Below, piece by piece: positions 1-9,556 of a stretch of 64,000 nt of DNA (the stretch's first letter is position 1; each line of letters begins with the position of its first letter). This DNA is from an uncultured Rhodocyclaceae bacterium (GTDB lineage: Bacteria; Pseudomonadota; Gammaproteobacteria; Burkholderiales; Rhodocyclaceae). The stretch is taken from contig CAKQRL010000001.1 in NCBI GenBank assembly GCA_934271525.1, positions 184,314 through 248,313 on the forward strand, in the 5' to 3' direction. The notes under the pieces were generated by a model. That model saw only the letters and a program-made list of their open reading frames with translations. It was not told the DNA's origin and searched no databases. A program made the translations under genes and the position numbers.

Positions 1-181
1 CAATGCTCACATTGTTGCCAACACAAACCGAAGGTGAAAAATCGTCATTGGGGGTGAATTGCAAACCCAAATTGGTAAAAGAATTTTCGCCCAAAACAAA
101 ACCTAGGCGATTTAAATAAACCTTGCGCACCACGGCATCGCCGTAATAAAAGGCAAGCATTTTGACAAAACGCATCGGCAT
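1..181 (-). CDS. hypothetical protein, N-terminal fragment running off the window start; a possible longer form starts at ATG 269-267 if the C tract length differs
   Basis: Minus-strand ORF from ATG at 181-179 (MPMRFVKMLAFYYGDAVVRKVYLNRLGF...) stays open to position 1. An upstream ATG at 269-267 has a GGAG Shine-Dalgarno 6 nt before it and overlaps the stop of the upstream gene (TAAATG). It is 88 nt from the 181 ATG, so it is out of frame at the current C12. Confidence 0.4.
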   Translation of the reverse strand, partial: MPMRFVKMLAFYYGDAVVRKVYLNRLGFVLGENSFTNLGLQFTPNDDFSPSVCVGNNVSI

Positions 182-246
182 TTTGTCGACATTTTTAAGC
201 AAAAAATCTTTTGCGAAATTATCAAGGCTATTTAAAAAGTGATTCT

Positions 247-258
247 GGGGGGGGGGGG
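247..258. repeat. homopolymeric G12 tract (C12 on the minus coding strand)
   Basis: Direct read: 12 consecutive G at 247-258. It is the longest G/C homopolymer in the window; no other exceeds 5. Confidence 0.9.
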
Positions 259-269
259 TTAAGATTCAT

Positions 270-1409
270 TTAACGCTCCGCGTGCAAAGTCAGCAAGGTA
301 ATTTCAGAAGGCACAAAAAAGCGCACGGAAAAACCGCTCCAAAGGCCAGTGCCGCGGCTAACATAAAGTTGCATTGTTTGAGAATTTTCAGTAGAAACAT
401 TGTAATGGCCGGCAACAAAGCCATCATTGAATGCCGCAACAATGGGTTGCAAGAAAAACATCAAACCGCCGTGCGTGTGGCCAGAGAGTTGCAAATCAAT
501 GCCGGCTAGCGCATTGTTTACCGCACCACGCGGTTGATGCGCCAATAGAATTTTAAAGGTTTTGGGCTCAATGTTTTTTAATGCTTGGTGAATATCGGGC
601 TTTGTGCCGCCAAAGCGCCCTTGGCTTGGGTCGGGCGTGCCAATAATCGCCAATTTTGCTTGGTTGATATTTAAAACGCGGTGTTCGTTATCCAACATTT
701 GAATTGGCGTTTTTTTGAAAAAATTGAGCCATTCCATCGCGCCTGCGTAATATTCGTGATTGCCCGTTACGCCAAAAACGCCATAGCGTGCGCGCAAATC
801 GTAAAAGGGCGCGACTTCGGATTCTAATTGTGCAACAGGCGCATCAACATAATCGCCTGTTAAAAGTATTAAATCCGGGTTTTGCGCGTTGGCGCGCGCC
901 ACAACTTCGGCAAGCCACGCTTTGTTTAATAATTTGTGAATATGCGTGTCGGTGATTTGAATAATTTTAAAACCGTTTAAATCAGGCGGTAGATTTTTAA
1001 AAGTTAAATCAACATGGCGAATGTTTGGCACACTAATGGCGGAAACGCCACTATAAAAACCTAAAATTAAAGCGGTAATAAAAAACAAAACCGCATTTTT
1101 TGTTTGTTTATGCCAAGAAAATGGGCGTTTGAATATTTTAAAAATAATTAAAATAACATCGCGCAAAATAATCATAAACAACAAAATTAAAACCGACCCC
1201 ATTAAACTTTCGGTTATAAACAAAAGGCTTTTGGGCAATGCGGGGTTAAAAAAATCACCAGCTAAAAAATAATAAATGGCATATTTGGAGAGCATTACCA
1301 AAATAACCATTGAAAATAAAAGTTTGGTTAAACGTGTGGATTGAAGTGGGTAAATAAACCGCCAAAAAATTAAAAGAAAAACAAGAAGGGATGGAATCAG
1401 TGTGAACAT
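270..1409 (-). CDS. membrane-anchored calcineurin-like metallophosphoesterase
   Basis: N-terminal hydrophobic segments followed by phosphoesterase motifs (ITDTH, GDYVD, GNHEY, GHTH). Confidence 0.75.
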   Translation of the reverse strand: MFTLIPSLLVFLLIFWRFIYPLQSTRLTKLLFSMVILVMLSKYAIYYFLAGDFFNPALPKSLLFITESLMGSVLILLFMIILRDVILIIFKIFKRPFSWHKQTKNAVLFFITALILGFYSGVSAISVPNIRHVDLTFKNLPPDLNGFKIIQITDTHIHKLLNKAWLAEVVARANAQNPDLILLTGDYVDAPVAQLESEVAPFYDLRARYGVFGVTGNHEYYAGAMEWLNFFKKTPIQMLDNEHRVLNINQAKLAIIGTPDPSQGRFGGTKPDIHQALKNIEPKTFKILLAHQPRGAVNNALAGIDLQLSGHTHGGLMFFLQPIVAAFNDGFVAGHYNVSTENSQTMQLYVSRGTGLWSGFSVRFFVPSEITLLTLHAER

Positions 1410-1426
1410 TTTAAAAAAAATTGAAT

Positions 1427-1443
1427 GTTTACCGTGGATTTTT
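1427..1443. repeat. single arm of the CCACGGTAAAC palindromic repeat family (GTTTACCGTGGA)
   Basis: GTTTACCGTGGATTTTT lies between the metallophosphoesterase start and the era stop. Confidence 0.8.
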
Positions 1444-1450
1444 AAGATTT

Positions 1451-2326
1451 TTAAATTTGCGTTAAGGATTTTAATAAGGCGGCATTATCCGCCCAACCGT
1501 GCTTGACCTTTACCCAAACTTCCAAATAAACCTTGATGCCGAATAATCGCTCCAAATCACGCCGAGCGGTAGTTGCAATGTGTTTTAATTTGTTACCATT
1601 TTTGCCGATTAACATCGCCTTGTGGTTGTCGCGCTCAACCCAGACTGCCGCAAAAATGCGGGCGAGTTTTTCTGTTTCTTCAAATTTTTCTATTTCCACC
1701 GCACAGCCATAAGGCAATTCATCGCCCAAAAAGCGAAAGATTTTTTCTCTGATAAATTCCGCTGCCAAAAAACGCATACTTTTGTCGGTGATGGTTGATT
1801 CTTCAAAAAACAAAAAATCGTGCGGCAAAAACGTTTGGGCAACATTTAACAACGGCGCACTTTCTTTTTGCGAAATGGCGGCAATCGGCACAATGGCGGC
1901 AAAGTTGAAATGTTCTTGGCATTTTTTTATAAAAGGCAACAAGGTGTTTTTGTTTTTTAAACGGTCAATTTTGTTAATTGCCAAAATCACTGGTTTTTCT
2001 TTGGGCAAATAGGGCAAAAGGGCAGAATCTTTGTCATCAAATGTTCCGGCTTCAATAATAAAAATCACCACATCAACTTCAACAAGCGTGTTTTTAACAT
2101 TTTGATTCATCCCGCGGTAGAGCGCATTTTGAAAACGGTTTTGAAAGCCGGGCGTGTCCATAAACACAAACTGCGCGGCATTCGTTGTTAAAACGCCCAA
2201 AATGGTGGCGCGGGTGGTTTGCGCCTTGCGCGAGGTTATGCTGATTTTCTCCCCAATGAGTTGGTTCAAAAGCGTGGATTTGCCAACATTCGGTTTGCCA
2301 ACCAATGCCAAAGTGCCTGAACGCAT
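1451..2326 (-). CDS. era: GTPase Era
   Basis: G1 motif GKPNVGKSTLLN, DTPG, NKID, a C-terminal KH domain, about 290 aa. Confidence 0.9.
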   Translation of the reverse strand: MRSGTLALVGKPNVGKSTLLNQLIGEKISITSRKAQTTRATILGVLTTNAAQFVFMDTPGFQNRFQNALYRGMNQNVKNTLVEVDVVIFIIEAGTFDDKDSALLPYLPKEKPVILAINKIDRLKNKNTLLPFIKKCQEHFNFAAIVPIAAISQKESAPLLNVAQTFLPHDFLFFEESTITDKSMRFLAAEFIREKIFRFLGDELPYGCAVEIEKFEETEKLARIFAAVWVERDNHKAMLIGKNGNKLKHIATTARRDLERLFGIKVYLEVWVKVKHGWADNAALLKSLTQI

Positions 2327-2968
2327 TTACATTCCTAATGATTTTAAAAGCTCGTTGTGATTTTCCGCGGTTTTCTTTTTGTGGTTTTTTTTGGGCAAAG
2401 GCTGGGCGGCAGGGGATTTTTGCAGTGGAATAAAGCTAACATCATCCATTGCCAATTCCACGTAAAACACGTGGTTGTTGCCGGTGTAAAAGGAAATGCG
2501 GCGCGCTTGCGGATGGTCTAAATTGGTATCGACTCGCAACATCACTTCCTTATTCAACACCAACATTTTGGGTTGGCTTTGCGTGATATTGGTGTGCAAA
2601 TCGGCTTCAATGCGGCGCGTGAAGTCGCCCACCATTTGGTTTAACAATTCGCCCATCACGTTTGCCACTTCTGCTGCCGTGTGTGAATGCGCCAACTCGT
2701 TGTTTGGAAAACCCATGTTGGAGAGATATTTGCTGTAAAGCTCCATTGCCGCATCGGCTGAAAAATTGATGACAACCAAACCCGAAAAACCGCCATCAAA
2801 TAACACAAAAGAGGCAATATCCGGTTTTAAGCAGGTTTTTTGAATCACTTGAACCATTGGCGAATAGCGCACGCAGTCGTTGGTGGCGGTGTTTAAAACA
2901 TTGGTTACCGATTCGCACAAATTCAACAAAACGTCTTCCACACCGCGAACGGCAGAATTATTGGGCAT
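2327..2968 (-). CDS. hypothetical protein, possibly CheX-like, co-transcribed between the dynamin-like GTPase and era
   Basis: ORF abuts the era start (stop at 2327, era start at 2326). Likely start is MPNNSAVRG. Weak resemblance to CheC/CheX-type motifs (EVANVMGELLNQMVGD). Function uncertain. Confidence 0.4.
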   Translation of the reverse strand: MPNNSAVRGVEDVLLNLCESVTNVLNTATNDCVRYSPMVQVIQKTCLKPDIASFVLFDGGFSGLVVINFSADAAMELYSKYLSNMGFPNNELAHSHTAAEVANVMGELLNQMVGDFTRRIEADLHTNITQSQPKMLVLNKEVMLRVDTNLDHPQARRISFYTGNNHVFYVELAMDDVSFIPLQKSPAAQPLPKKNHKKKTAENHNELLKSLGM

Positions 2969-2972
2969 TGTT

Positions 2973-4961
2973 TTATCCTTTCTCACTTTCCAAACTTGGA
3001 CGAAATAACGCAATGATACGCCGACTCATCTTGTGAAATTCTTCAATTTTTTGTTCAGTTTCTTTGCAACGCGCATGCACATCGTTTAAGCGTTCTTCCA
3101 AGGAATTGGTTGCTTTGTGAATGCGAGATAGGGCTTCAACTCTGCGTTCCAACTGCTGTTCATATTCCCGCACCTGCGCTTCCAAAGGAATGATGATGCT
3201 ATCCAACCACACGGCGCAATCGCTGTTGGTTTTTTCAACCACATGCCGAACGCTCAATGTGACTTCTTCAAAAAAACGTTGGGTAACTTTTCGTTTGTCT
3301 TGGGTTAAAAGACTCAAGGTTGAATTGGTATGTTTGGCGCACCACAAGTGCAAACGCCCCACTTCTTTTTCGCAACGGCGCAAATCAAAAGCGGCAGGTG
3401 GTGGAATTTGTAAGCCGTATTCTTTGGCGAATTTTTCGTAAGCGCTGGTAATGAGCGCGTGGATTTTTTTAATCTCTTCTTCTGCCGCCCAAAGCACATC
3501 CAACACGCGCCCGAAGTAAACTTCCATTGCGCCGGCTAAATGCTTGGAAAATGCGCCACTCAACATCACTTTTCTGGTTGTTTGCGTCAATTGCCGCAAT
3601 TTTTCCACATCCAAATTGCTTTGCAAATGGCGCACGCGGTCGGCAAAAACCTTGCGCATGGCATCCAAATAATTCACACTTTCGGCAAATTTTTTGCGTT
3701 CAAATTGTATGCGGTTGAGCATATAAGTAACGGCATTTTTGTTTTTGCCGCTTAATTCTTCCAATTCAAAGCATTGTTCTTTGAAATTATCTAAGCGAGA
3801 TGCCAACACGCCTTGAATAAAACCGAAGATATCGTTTAATTCCGCCTGCGCATTACTTTTGACCAAATCGTATTGGTCGGGCAAAAGCGAGTTGGAAAGC
3901 GTATTTTCTAATTCTTTTAAGCGCGAACGGGCAAGCAGTTGGGCATCGTTTTTAACCTTGGCAACCAAGGCTTTGTGCGCTGAGACGGCAAAAATTTGCG
4001 TTGGTGGAATTTCCAAAATCTGCGCGCAGTTGGCGGCTTGTTGTGCGATGATTTTGTTGATTTCCTCTTCTGTTTTGAGTTCGTCCCACAAGCTATCAAT
4101 TTTGTTTAAAACAACAATTTTTCCGGCATGACCAGTTTTGGTTTGTGCGCAAATATGCTCGCGCCACACGGTTAAATCCGATTGTGTAACGCCTGCGTCA
4201 GCTGCCAAAACAAAAAGCGTGGCGTGCGCCGAGGGCAACAAAGACAAAGTCAATTCAGGTTCAGCGCCAATGGCATTCAAACCGGGCGTGTCCAAAATCA
4301 CCAACCCTTGGCGAAGTAATGGATGCGGAAAATTAATCAAAGCGTGCCGCCAACGCGGAATTTCCACTTGGTTGTTTTCATCAATTTGAAATAGCTTATT
4401 TGAAGTGTTGTTGGCATCATCCCCGATATCAAAACCCAAACGGCGCGCTTCATCCACCGGCACGCGAATGGTTTCTTGCACGTGTTGCAGAGCGGCGGAT
4501 AAAGATTGCGCAGAATCAATATTGATTCCAATAAAATGCCAAGCGTCTTTTTGCTGGCGATAATCGCTCACATTGCCGTCTGTGGCGCGGGTTTGAATAG
4601 GCAAAAGTTCCACGCCGTGCGGTTTTTTAACGTCAAAAAATAATTCCGTTGGGCACATTGTTGTGCGGCCGGCGGAAGACGGCAAAATGCGACTGCCGTA
4701 ATCGGAAAAGAAAATGGCGTTAATCAACTCCGATTTGCCGCGCGAAAACTCCGCCACAAAGGCAATCATCAATCGGTCGGCGCGCAGGCGCGCCAAGAGA
4801 TTTTTTAAGCGTTCTTCAATTTGCGCATCTGATAAGCCATTTTCTGCCAAGCGTTCGCGAAAAATTTCAATGCGGGAAGTCAAGGCGCCGCGCCATTCGG
4901 TATATTCGTCAAATTTTTTTGAGAGCGACATCATTGATAAGCGTGAAGATTTTTTTTTCAT
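2973..4961 (-). CDS. bacterial dynamin-like GTPase
   Basis: 662 aa. N-terminal GTPase motifs (FSRGKSELINAIF = G1, DTPG, NKID) followed by long coiled-coil-like helical regions. Size and architecture fit the BDLP/CrfC/LeoA class. Confidence 0.7.
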   Translation of the reverse strand: MKKKSSRLSMMSLSKKFDEYTEWRGALTSRIEIFRERLAENGLSDAQIEERLKNLLARLRADRLMIAFVAEFSRGKSELINAIFFSDYGSRILPSSAGRTTMCPTELFFDVKKPHGVELLPIQTRATDGNVSDYRQQKDAWHFIGINIDSAQSLSAALQHVQETIRVPVDEARRLGFDIGDDANNTSNKLFQIDENNQVEIPRWRHALINFPHPLLRQGLVILDTPGLNAIGAEPELTLSLLPSAHATLFVLAADAGVTQSDLTVWREHICAQTKTGHAGKIVVLNKIDSLWDELKTEEEINKIIAQQAANCAQILEIPPTQIFAVSAHKALVAKVKNDAQLLARSRLKELENTLSNSLLPDQYDLVKSNAQAELNDIFGFIQGVLASRLDNFKEQCFELEELSGKNKNAVTYMLNRIQFERKKFAESVNYLDAMRKVFADRVRHLQSNLDVEKLRQLTQTTRKVMLSGAFSKHLAGAMEVYFGRVLDVLWAAEEEIKKIHALITSAYEKFAKEYGLQIPPPAAFDLRRCEKEVGRLHLWCAKHTNSTLSLLTQDKRKVTQRFFEEVTLSVRHVVEKTNSDCAVWLDSIIIPLEAQVREYEQQLERRVEALSRIHKATNSLEERLNDVHARCKETEQKIEEFHKMSRRIIALFRPSLESEKG

Positions 4962-4981
4962 TATTTGTTATTTTATGGTGA

Positions 4982-5029
4982 TTTTCCACGGTAAACGCCA
5001 AAATTTTTTGGCGTTTACCGTGGATTTTT
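4982..5029. repeat. palindromic repeat pair (TTTTCCACGGTAAACGCC-AAAATTTTTTG-GCGTTTACCGTGGATTTTTTT), terminator-like hairpin
   Basis: Perfect 16-nt inverted arms plus a T-run, abutting the tatC stop codon. Confidence 0.9.
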
Positions 5030-5752
5030 TTATTCCTTTTCTTTATTTTCTAAAAAACGGGCGCAAAATAAACCGATTTCGTAGAGCAAACACATCGGAA
5101 TAGCCAAAGCAAGTTGGGAAACCACATCGGGCGGGGTGATGACCGCCGCAAGCACAAAAGCAAAAACAATGAAATAAGCGCGCCATTGTTTCAATTTTTC
5201 CACATTCAACACATTGATTTTAACCAACACCAACAGCGCCACAGGCACTTCAAATGCCAAGCCAAAAGCGATGAACATTGTGATAACAAATGACAAATAC
5301 GCTTCAATGTCTGGCGCGGGCGTGATGCTTGCCGGCGCAAAGGCGTTGATGAATTTGAAAACTTGCCCAAAAACCAAAAAATAGCAAAAAGCCATTCCCA
5401 AAAAGAAAAGCAAAGTGCTTGATATCACAAGCGGCAAGCCCAAACGTTTTTCGTGTTGATAAAGCCCCGGCGCAATAAATGCCCACGCTTGCCACAAAAC
5501 AAAGGGCAAAGCCACAACAAACGCCGCCAAGGCGCTTACTTTGAGCGGAATTAAAAATGGCGTGACCACGCCAATGGCGAGCATTTTGGAGCCTTGAGGT
5601 AGCGCTGCGGTAAGCGGCGCGGCAAGAAAATCATAAATGGCAGAAGGTCCCGGATAAATGCACAACACCAACAAGGCAATTAAAACCGCCGCTAGCGATT
5701 TGAGCAAGCGGTCGCGCAATTCAATCAAATGGGAGATAAGCGATTCGTCCAT
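5030..5752 (-). CDS. tatC: Sec-independent protein translocase TatC
   Basis: 240 aa polytopic membrane protein with TatC signature. Positioned after tatA and tatB. Confidence 0.9.
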   Translation of the reverse strand: MDESLISHLIELRDRLLKSLAAVLIALLVLCIYPGPSAIYDFLAAPLTAALPQGSKMLAIGVVTPFLIPLKVSALAAFVVALPFVLWQAWAFIAPGLYQHEKRLGLPLVISSTLLFFLGMAFCYFLVFGQVFKFINAFAPASITPAPDIEAYLSFVITMFIAFGLAFEVPVALLVLVKINVLNVEKLKQWRAYFIVFAFVLAAVITPPDVVSQLALAIPMCLLYEIGLFCARFLENKEKE

Positions 5753-6072
5753 TATTTTTTCTGCGGCGGTCCATAAAAGTCGGGCGGCAAGTTTTCTAAT
5801 GTTTCTTGGATTTCAGCCACGGTTTGCCGAGTTTGCGCCGTGATTTTTTCTGTGATTTGTTGGCTTTGGTTTTCTAAATCCGCTTTGATTTGATGCACTT
5901 CTTGAAGTGGTATTTCTTTTGTCAAATCGTCTTTAAAATGCTGCGCCATTTTTTGAAAGCGCCCGATGATAACGCCTAATGTGCGTGCCACTTTGGGCAA
6001 ACGCTCGGGACCAACCACAATCAAGGCGACTATGGCAATGACCACAAGTTCAGAAAAAGCAATATCAAACAT
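5752..6072 (-). CDS. tatB: twin-arginine translocase subunit TatB
   Basis: MFDIAFSELVVIAIVALIVVGPERLP N-terminus typical of TatA/B. Second gene of the tatABC block. Confidence 0.8.
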   Translation of the reverse strand: MFDIAFSELVVIAIVALIVVGPERLPKVARTLGVIIGRFQKMAQHFKDDLTKEIPLQEVHQIKADLENQSQQITEKITAQTRQTVAEIQETLENLPPDFYGPPQKK

Positions 6073-6093
6073 TCTTTTTCAAAAAAATCACGG

Positions 6094-6140
6094 GTTGACC
6101 GTGGAACATTGCAGTTTTAAAAAAATCCACGGTAAACGCC
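6094..6140. repeat. palindromic repeat pair (GTTGACCGTGGAA ... TCCACGGTAAACGCC)
   Basis: Inverted arms between tatB and tatA. Confidence 0.85.
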
Positions 6141-6148
6141 GAATTTTT

Positions 6149-6334
6149 TTACGATTTTTCATCGCTAATTTGCTTTTCTGCTGGTTTTTCAGAAGCGCCT
6201 TCTGCCATTCCCTCTTTTAAACCTTTGATGGCAGAACCCAAATCACGCCCAATGTTTGGCAATTTTTTGGTGCCGAAAATCAAGACCACAACCAACAAAA
6301 CAATTAACCAATGCCAAATGGAAAAAGTGCCCAT
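6149..6334 (-). CDS. tatA: twin-arginine translocase subunit TatA
   Basis: 61 aa, [26 protein letters not shown]. Confidence 0.85.
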   Translation of the reverse strand: MGTFSIWHWLIVLLVVVLIFGTKKLPNIGRDLGSAIKGLKEGMAEGASEKPAEKQISDEKS

Positions 6335-6337
6335 TTT

Positions 6338-6685
6338 TTACTCCTTTGAAACCATTTTGCCGATGGGGTCACTACCACCCAACACGTGCAAATGCAAGTG
6401 CGGCACTTCTTGGCCGCCAATTTTATTGGTGTTTACAATTAAGCGAAAACCATCTTTTGATAATTCTTGCGCAATGGTTTTTGCCCGCAAAACGAGTTTG
6501 CCAAGCAATTCGGCATCGTTTGATTCGGCTGTGAAAAGCGATTCAATGTGCTTTTTGGGAATCACCAAAATATGCACTGGCGCCAGAGGATTGATATCTT
6601 TGAATGCCAACAAATCAGCATCTTCAAACACTTTTTGAGATGGGATTTTGCCCGCTACAATTTTGCAAAATAAGCAATCTTGCAT
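6338..6685 (-). CDS. HIT-family protein (HinT-like purine nucleoside phosphoramidase)
   Basis: Histidine triad HLHLHVLGG, about 115 aa. Confidence 0.85.
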   Translation of the reverse strand: MQDCLFCKIVAGKIPSQKVFEDADLLAFKDINPLAPVHILVIPKKHIESLFTAESNDAELLGKLVLRAKTIAQELSKDGFRLIVNTNKIGGQEVPHLHLHVLGGSDPIGKMVSKE

Positions 6686-6687
6686 TT

Positions 6688-7011
6688 TTAAGTTCCTTTC
6701 CTAGAATTTTTTTCTGCAATGCCGCTTGTTCCTTCCCGCCTTGCAAGTTCATCCAACACTTCGGCAAGCGTAACTTTTTTAAACTGCAACAAAACCATTA
6801 AGTGGAATAATAAATCCGCTGTTTCATAAATCAAATGGCGGCGGTCGGCTTCTTTGCTTGCCAAAATAGTTTCAATCATCTCTTCGCCAAGTTTTTTCAA
6901 AATGCTATCTTCGCCTTTTTGAAAAAGGGCAGCGGTATAAGATTCAGCAGGGTTGGCAAATTGGCGTTCATTGAGCGTTTTTTCCAAACGCTGCAAAATA
7001 TTATTTTCCAT
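6688..7011 (-). CDS. hisE: phosphoribosyl-ATP pyrophosphatase HisE
   Basis: About 107 aa from [13 protein letters not shown]. The track ORF has an N-terminal extension overlapping hisI. Last gene of the his block. Confidence 0.8.
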   Translation of the reverse strand: MENNILQRLEKTLNERQFANPAESYTAALFQKGEDSILKKLGEEMIETILASKEADRRHLIYETADLLFHLMVLLQFKKVTLAEVLDELARREGTSGIAEKNSRKGT

Positions 7012-7378
7012 AAATTTCTTTCGGATTTTTTTGAGGCGGTGCATTTTCGCACCACACACCGTTTTTTAAATCATAAAAAAAACACGAACGGCGCCCCGTG
7101 TGGCAAGCAAGCCCGATTTGTGCAACGGTTAAAAGAATGGTGTCTTTGTCGCAATCCGTTTGGATTTTGAGAATTTTTTGGTAATGCCCCGATTCTTCGC
7201 CCTTTTGCCACATTTTGCCGCGCGAGCGGGAAAAATAAACGGCAAAATTCGTTTCCAAGGTTTTTAAAAGTGATTCGCGATTCATCCACGCCATCATCAA
7301 AACCTTGCCTGATTCGTCCTGCGCAATGGCGGGAATCAAACCGTCTTTATTCCATTTTAATTCGTCTAAAAAATTCAT
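7001..7378 (-). CDS. hisI: phosphoribosyl-AMP cyclohydrolase HisI
   Basis: 125 aa, position within the his operon, conserved C..H..C region. Confidence 0.85.
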   Translation of the reverse strand: MNFLDELKWNKDGLIPAIAQDESGKVLMMAWMNRESLLKTLETNFAVYFSRSRGKMWQKGEESGHYQKILKIQTDCDKDTILLTVAQIGLACHTGRRSCFFYDLKNGVWCENAPPQKNPKEIYGK

Positions 7379-8133
7379 TGCCGCACCACAATGCCGCTTT
7401 TGGCTAAAAAATCTTTGGCTTGCCTAATGGTATATTCGCCAAAATGAAAAATAGAAGCCGCCAAAACAGCGTCCGCCTTGCCAAGCAGAATGCCGTCTGC
7501 CAAATGTTGCAAGTTGCCAACGCCGCCCGAAGCGATGATGGGAATAGGCACAGATTCTGATATTTTGCGGGTGAGCGCCAAATCAAAACCATTTTTGGTG
7601 CCGTCACGATCCATGCTGGTTAAAAGAATTTCACCGGCGCCGCGCGCGGCGACTTCCTTTGCCCAAAGAATGGCGTCAATGCCCGTGTCGTTTCTGCCGC
7701 CGTGGGTAAAAACGTGCCATTTTTCATTGCCGCATTGCTTGGCATCAATGGCAACCACAATGCACTGTGCACCAACTTTTGAAGAAGCTTCGTCAATTAA
7801 ATCAGGATTTTGAATTGCCGCCGTGTTGATGGAAACTTTGTCTGCACCGGCATTCAACAATCGGCGCACGTCTTCAATTTTGCGCACGCCGCCGCCAACT
7901 GTTAAAGGAATAAAAACCTCGCGCGCGCAAGATTCAACAACGTGCAAAATAATGTCGCGCTCGTCTGATGATGCCGTAATATCCAAAAAAGTCAGTTCGT
8001 CGGCGCCCATTTGCCCGTATTGTCTAGCGATGGCAACGGGTTCGCCCGCGTCTTTCAAATCCACAAAATTGGTGCCTTTGACCACGCGGCCAGCGTTTAC
8101 ATCCAAGCAAGGAATAATGCGTTTGGCTAACAT
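7375..8133 (-). CDS. hisF: imidazole glycerol phosphate synthase cyclase subunit HisF
   Basis: 252 aa TIM barrel, [12 protein letters not shown] ... typical HisF sequence. Confidence 0.95.
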   Translation of the reverse strand: MLAKRIIPCLDVNAGRVVKGTNFVDLKDAGEPVAIARQYGQMGADELTFLDITASSDERDIILHVVESCAREVFIPLTVGGGVRKIEDVRRLLNAGADKVSINTAAIQNPDLIDEASSKVGAQCIVVAIDAKQCGNEKWHVFTHGGRNDTGIDAILWAKEVAARGAGEILLTSMDRDGTKNGFDLALTRKISESVPIPIIASGGVGNLQHLADGILLGKADAVLAASIFHFGEYTIRQAKDFLAKSGIVVRQ

Positions 8134-8136
8134 TTT

Positions 8137-8877
8137 TTAAAACGCTCGGCGAACAACGGCAATGGTTTTGAGCGCCTGCGCAAAATCAATGGCGCCGTTG
8201 TATAAAGCGCGCCCGGCAATCACGCCTTTAATTGTGCCTGTTAAAGCAAGCGATTCAATGTCGGACAAAGAGGATAATCCGCCGCTTGCAAAAACGGGAA
8301 TTTTTAAGGATTGGGCAAGCTTGTCGGTTGCTTGAACGTTAATGCCTGTCATCATTCCATCGCGCGCAATGTCGGTGTAAATAATGCCAATCGCCCCCGA
8401 ATCTTCAAAGCGTTTGGCGCATTCCAAAACGCTTAAATCGCTTAATTTTGCCCAGCCGTCTGTGGCAATTTTGCCGTCTTTGGCATCCAAACCGATGATG
8501 ATTCGATTGGGAAACTCTCGGCAGGCTTCTTTCACAATGTTGGGGTTTTGCACGGCAACCGTGCCTAAAATTACCCATTGCACGCCCCAATCCAACACGT
8601 TTTCAATGGTTTTTAAATCGCGAATGCCGCCGCCCAATTCCACAGGAATTTTGCCGTTTAAGGTTTTGAGAATGTTTAAAATCGCTTCTTTATTTTGCGG
8701 CGTGCCAACAAAAGCACCGTTTAAATCCACCAAATGCAAGCGTTCTGCGCCTTCGGCTTGCCAGCGCGCCGCCATTTCTTCTGGTTTATCAGAAAAAACC
8801 GTGGCATTGTTCAGCTCGCCTTGCTTTAAACGCACGCAAGAACCGTCTTTTAAGTCAATTGCAGGAATAATTAGCAT
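8137..8877 (-). CDS. hisA: ProFAR isomerase HisA
   Basis: 246 aa, [12 protein letters not shown]. Confidence 0.9.
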   Translation of the reverse strand: MLIIPAIDLKDGSCVRLKQGELNNATVFSDKPEEMAARWQAEGAERLHLVDLNGAFVGTPQNKEAILNILKTLNGKIPVELGGGIRDLKTIENVLDWGVQWVILGTVAVQNPNIVKEACREFPNRIIIGLDAKDGKIATDGWAKLSDLSVLECAKRFEDSGAIGIIYTDIARDGMMTGINVQATDKLAQSLKIPVFASGGLSSLSDIESLALTGTIKGVIAGRALYNGAIDFAQALKTIAVVRRAF

Positions 8878-8895
8878 TGTTCAGATTTTTTAAAT

Positions 8896-8946
8896 CGCCG
8901 TGAAAAACCGCATTTTACGAAAAAAATCAGCGTTTACCGTGGAAAA
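8896..8946. repeat. palindromic repeat pair (degenerate arm GCCGTGAAAAACCG + GCGTTTACCGTGGAAAA)
   Basis: Between hisA and hisH. Confidence 0.7.
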
Positions 8947-8950
8947 TTGC

Positions 8951-9556
8951 TCAAAACTGCCATTGCGTAAAATTTTGCATCAATTTTAAGCCGTGTTCCG
9001 CGCTTTTTTCGGGGTGAAACTGCACGGCAATGCAGTTGTTGGCAATGATGGCGCTGGTGAAATCATCTGAGTAATTGGTGGTTGCGGCAACAATATTTTC
9101 AGAGGTTTGAACAAAAAAACTATGCACAAAATAAAAACGTGAATCCTGCGCAATGCCTTGCCAAATGGGATGCTCAAAACTTTGATGCACCGTATTCCAA
9201 CCCATATGCGGAATTTTGAAGTCGGTTGGCACTTGAAAACGCTTCACCTTGCCTTTAAAAATGCCAAAACCTTGGGTATTGCCTTCTTCGCTTGTTTCAA
9301 AAAGCATTTGTAACCCCAAACAAATGCCCAAAAATGGCTTTGTTTTGGCGGCATTCAAAATGGCGTTTTGAATGCCGCGCCTTTTGATTTCAGCCATGGC
9401 ATCAGGCAAAGCGCCTTGGCCGGGAAAAACCACGCGGTCAGCAGAATCAATGGTTGAGGCGTTATTGGCAATTTTAATTTCTTCATTTGTAACGTGCCGC
9501 AAGGCTTGGTAGACCGAGCGCAAATTGCCAAAGCCGTAATCCACAATGGCAATCAT
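8951..9556 (-). CDS. hisH: imidazole glycerol phosphate synthase glutaminase subunit HisH
   Basis: 201 aa class I glutamine amidotransferase with catalytic Cys (GICLG) and HPE. Confidence 0.9.
   Translation of the reverse strand: MIAIVDYGFGNLRSVYQALRHVTNEEIKIANNASTIDSADRVVFPGQGALPDAMAEIKRRGIQNAILNAAKTKPFLGICLGLQMLFETSEEGNTQGFGIFKGKVKRFQVPTDFKIPHMGWNTVHQSFEHPIWQGIAQDSRFYFVHSFFVQTSENIVAATTNYSDDFTSAIIANNCIAVQFHPEKSAEHGLKLMQNFTQWQF

Noticed and set aside
4954-4963. A(9) run right after the dynamin start codon (MKKK) as a phase-variation tract.
   Set aside because: A/T homopolymers of 8-11 are common throughout this AT-rich genome (for example T11 at 62452), so this is not distinctive. Mentioned only within the dynamin finding.
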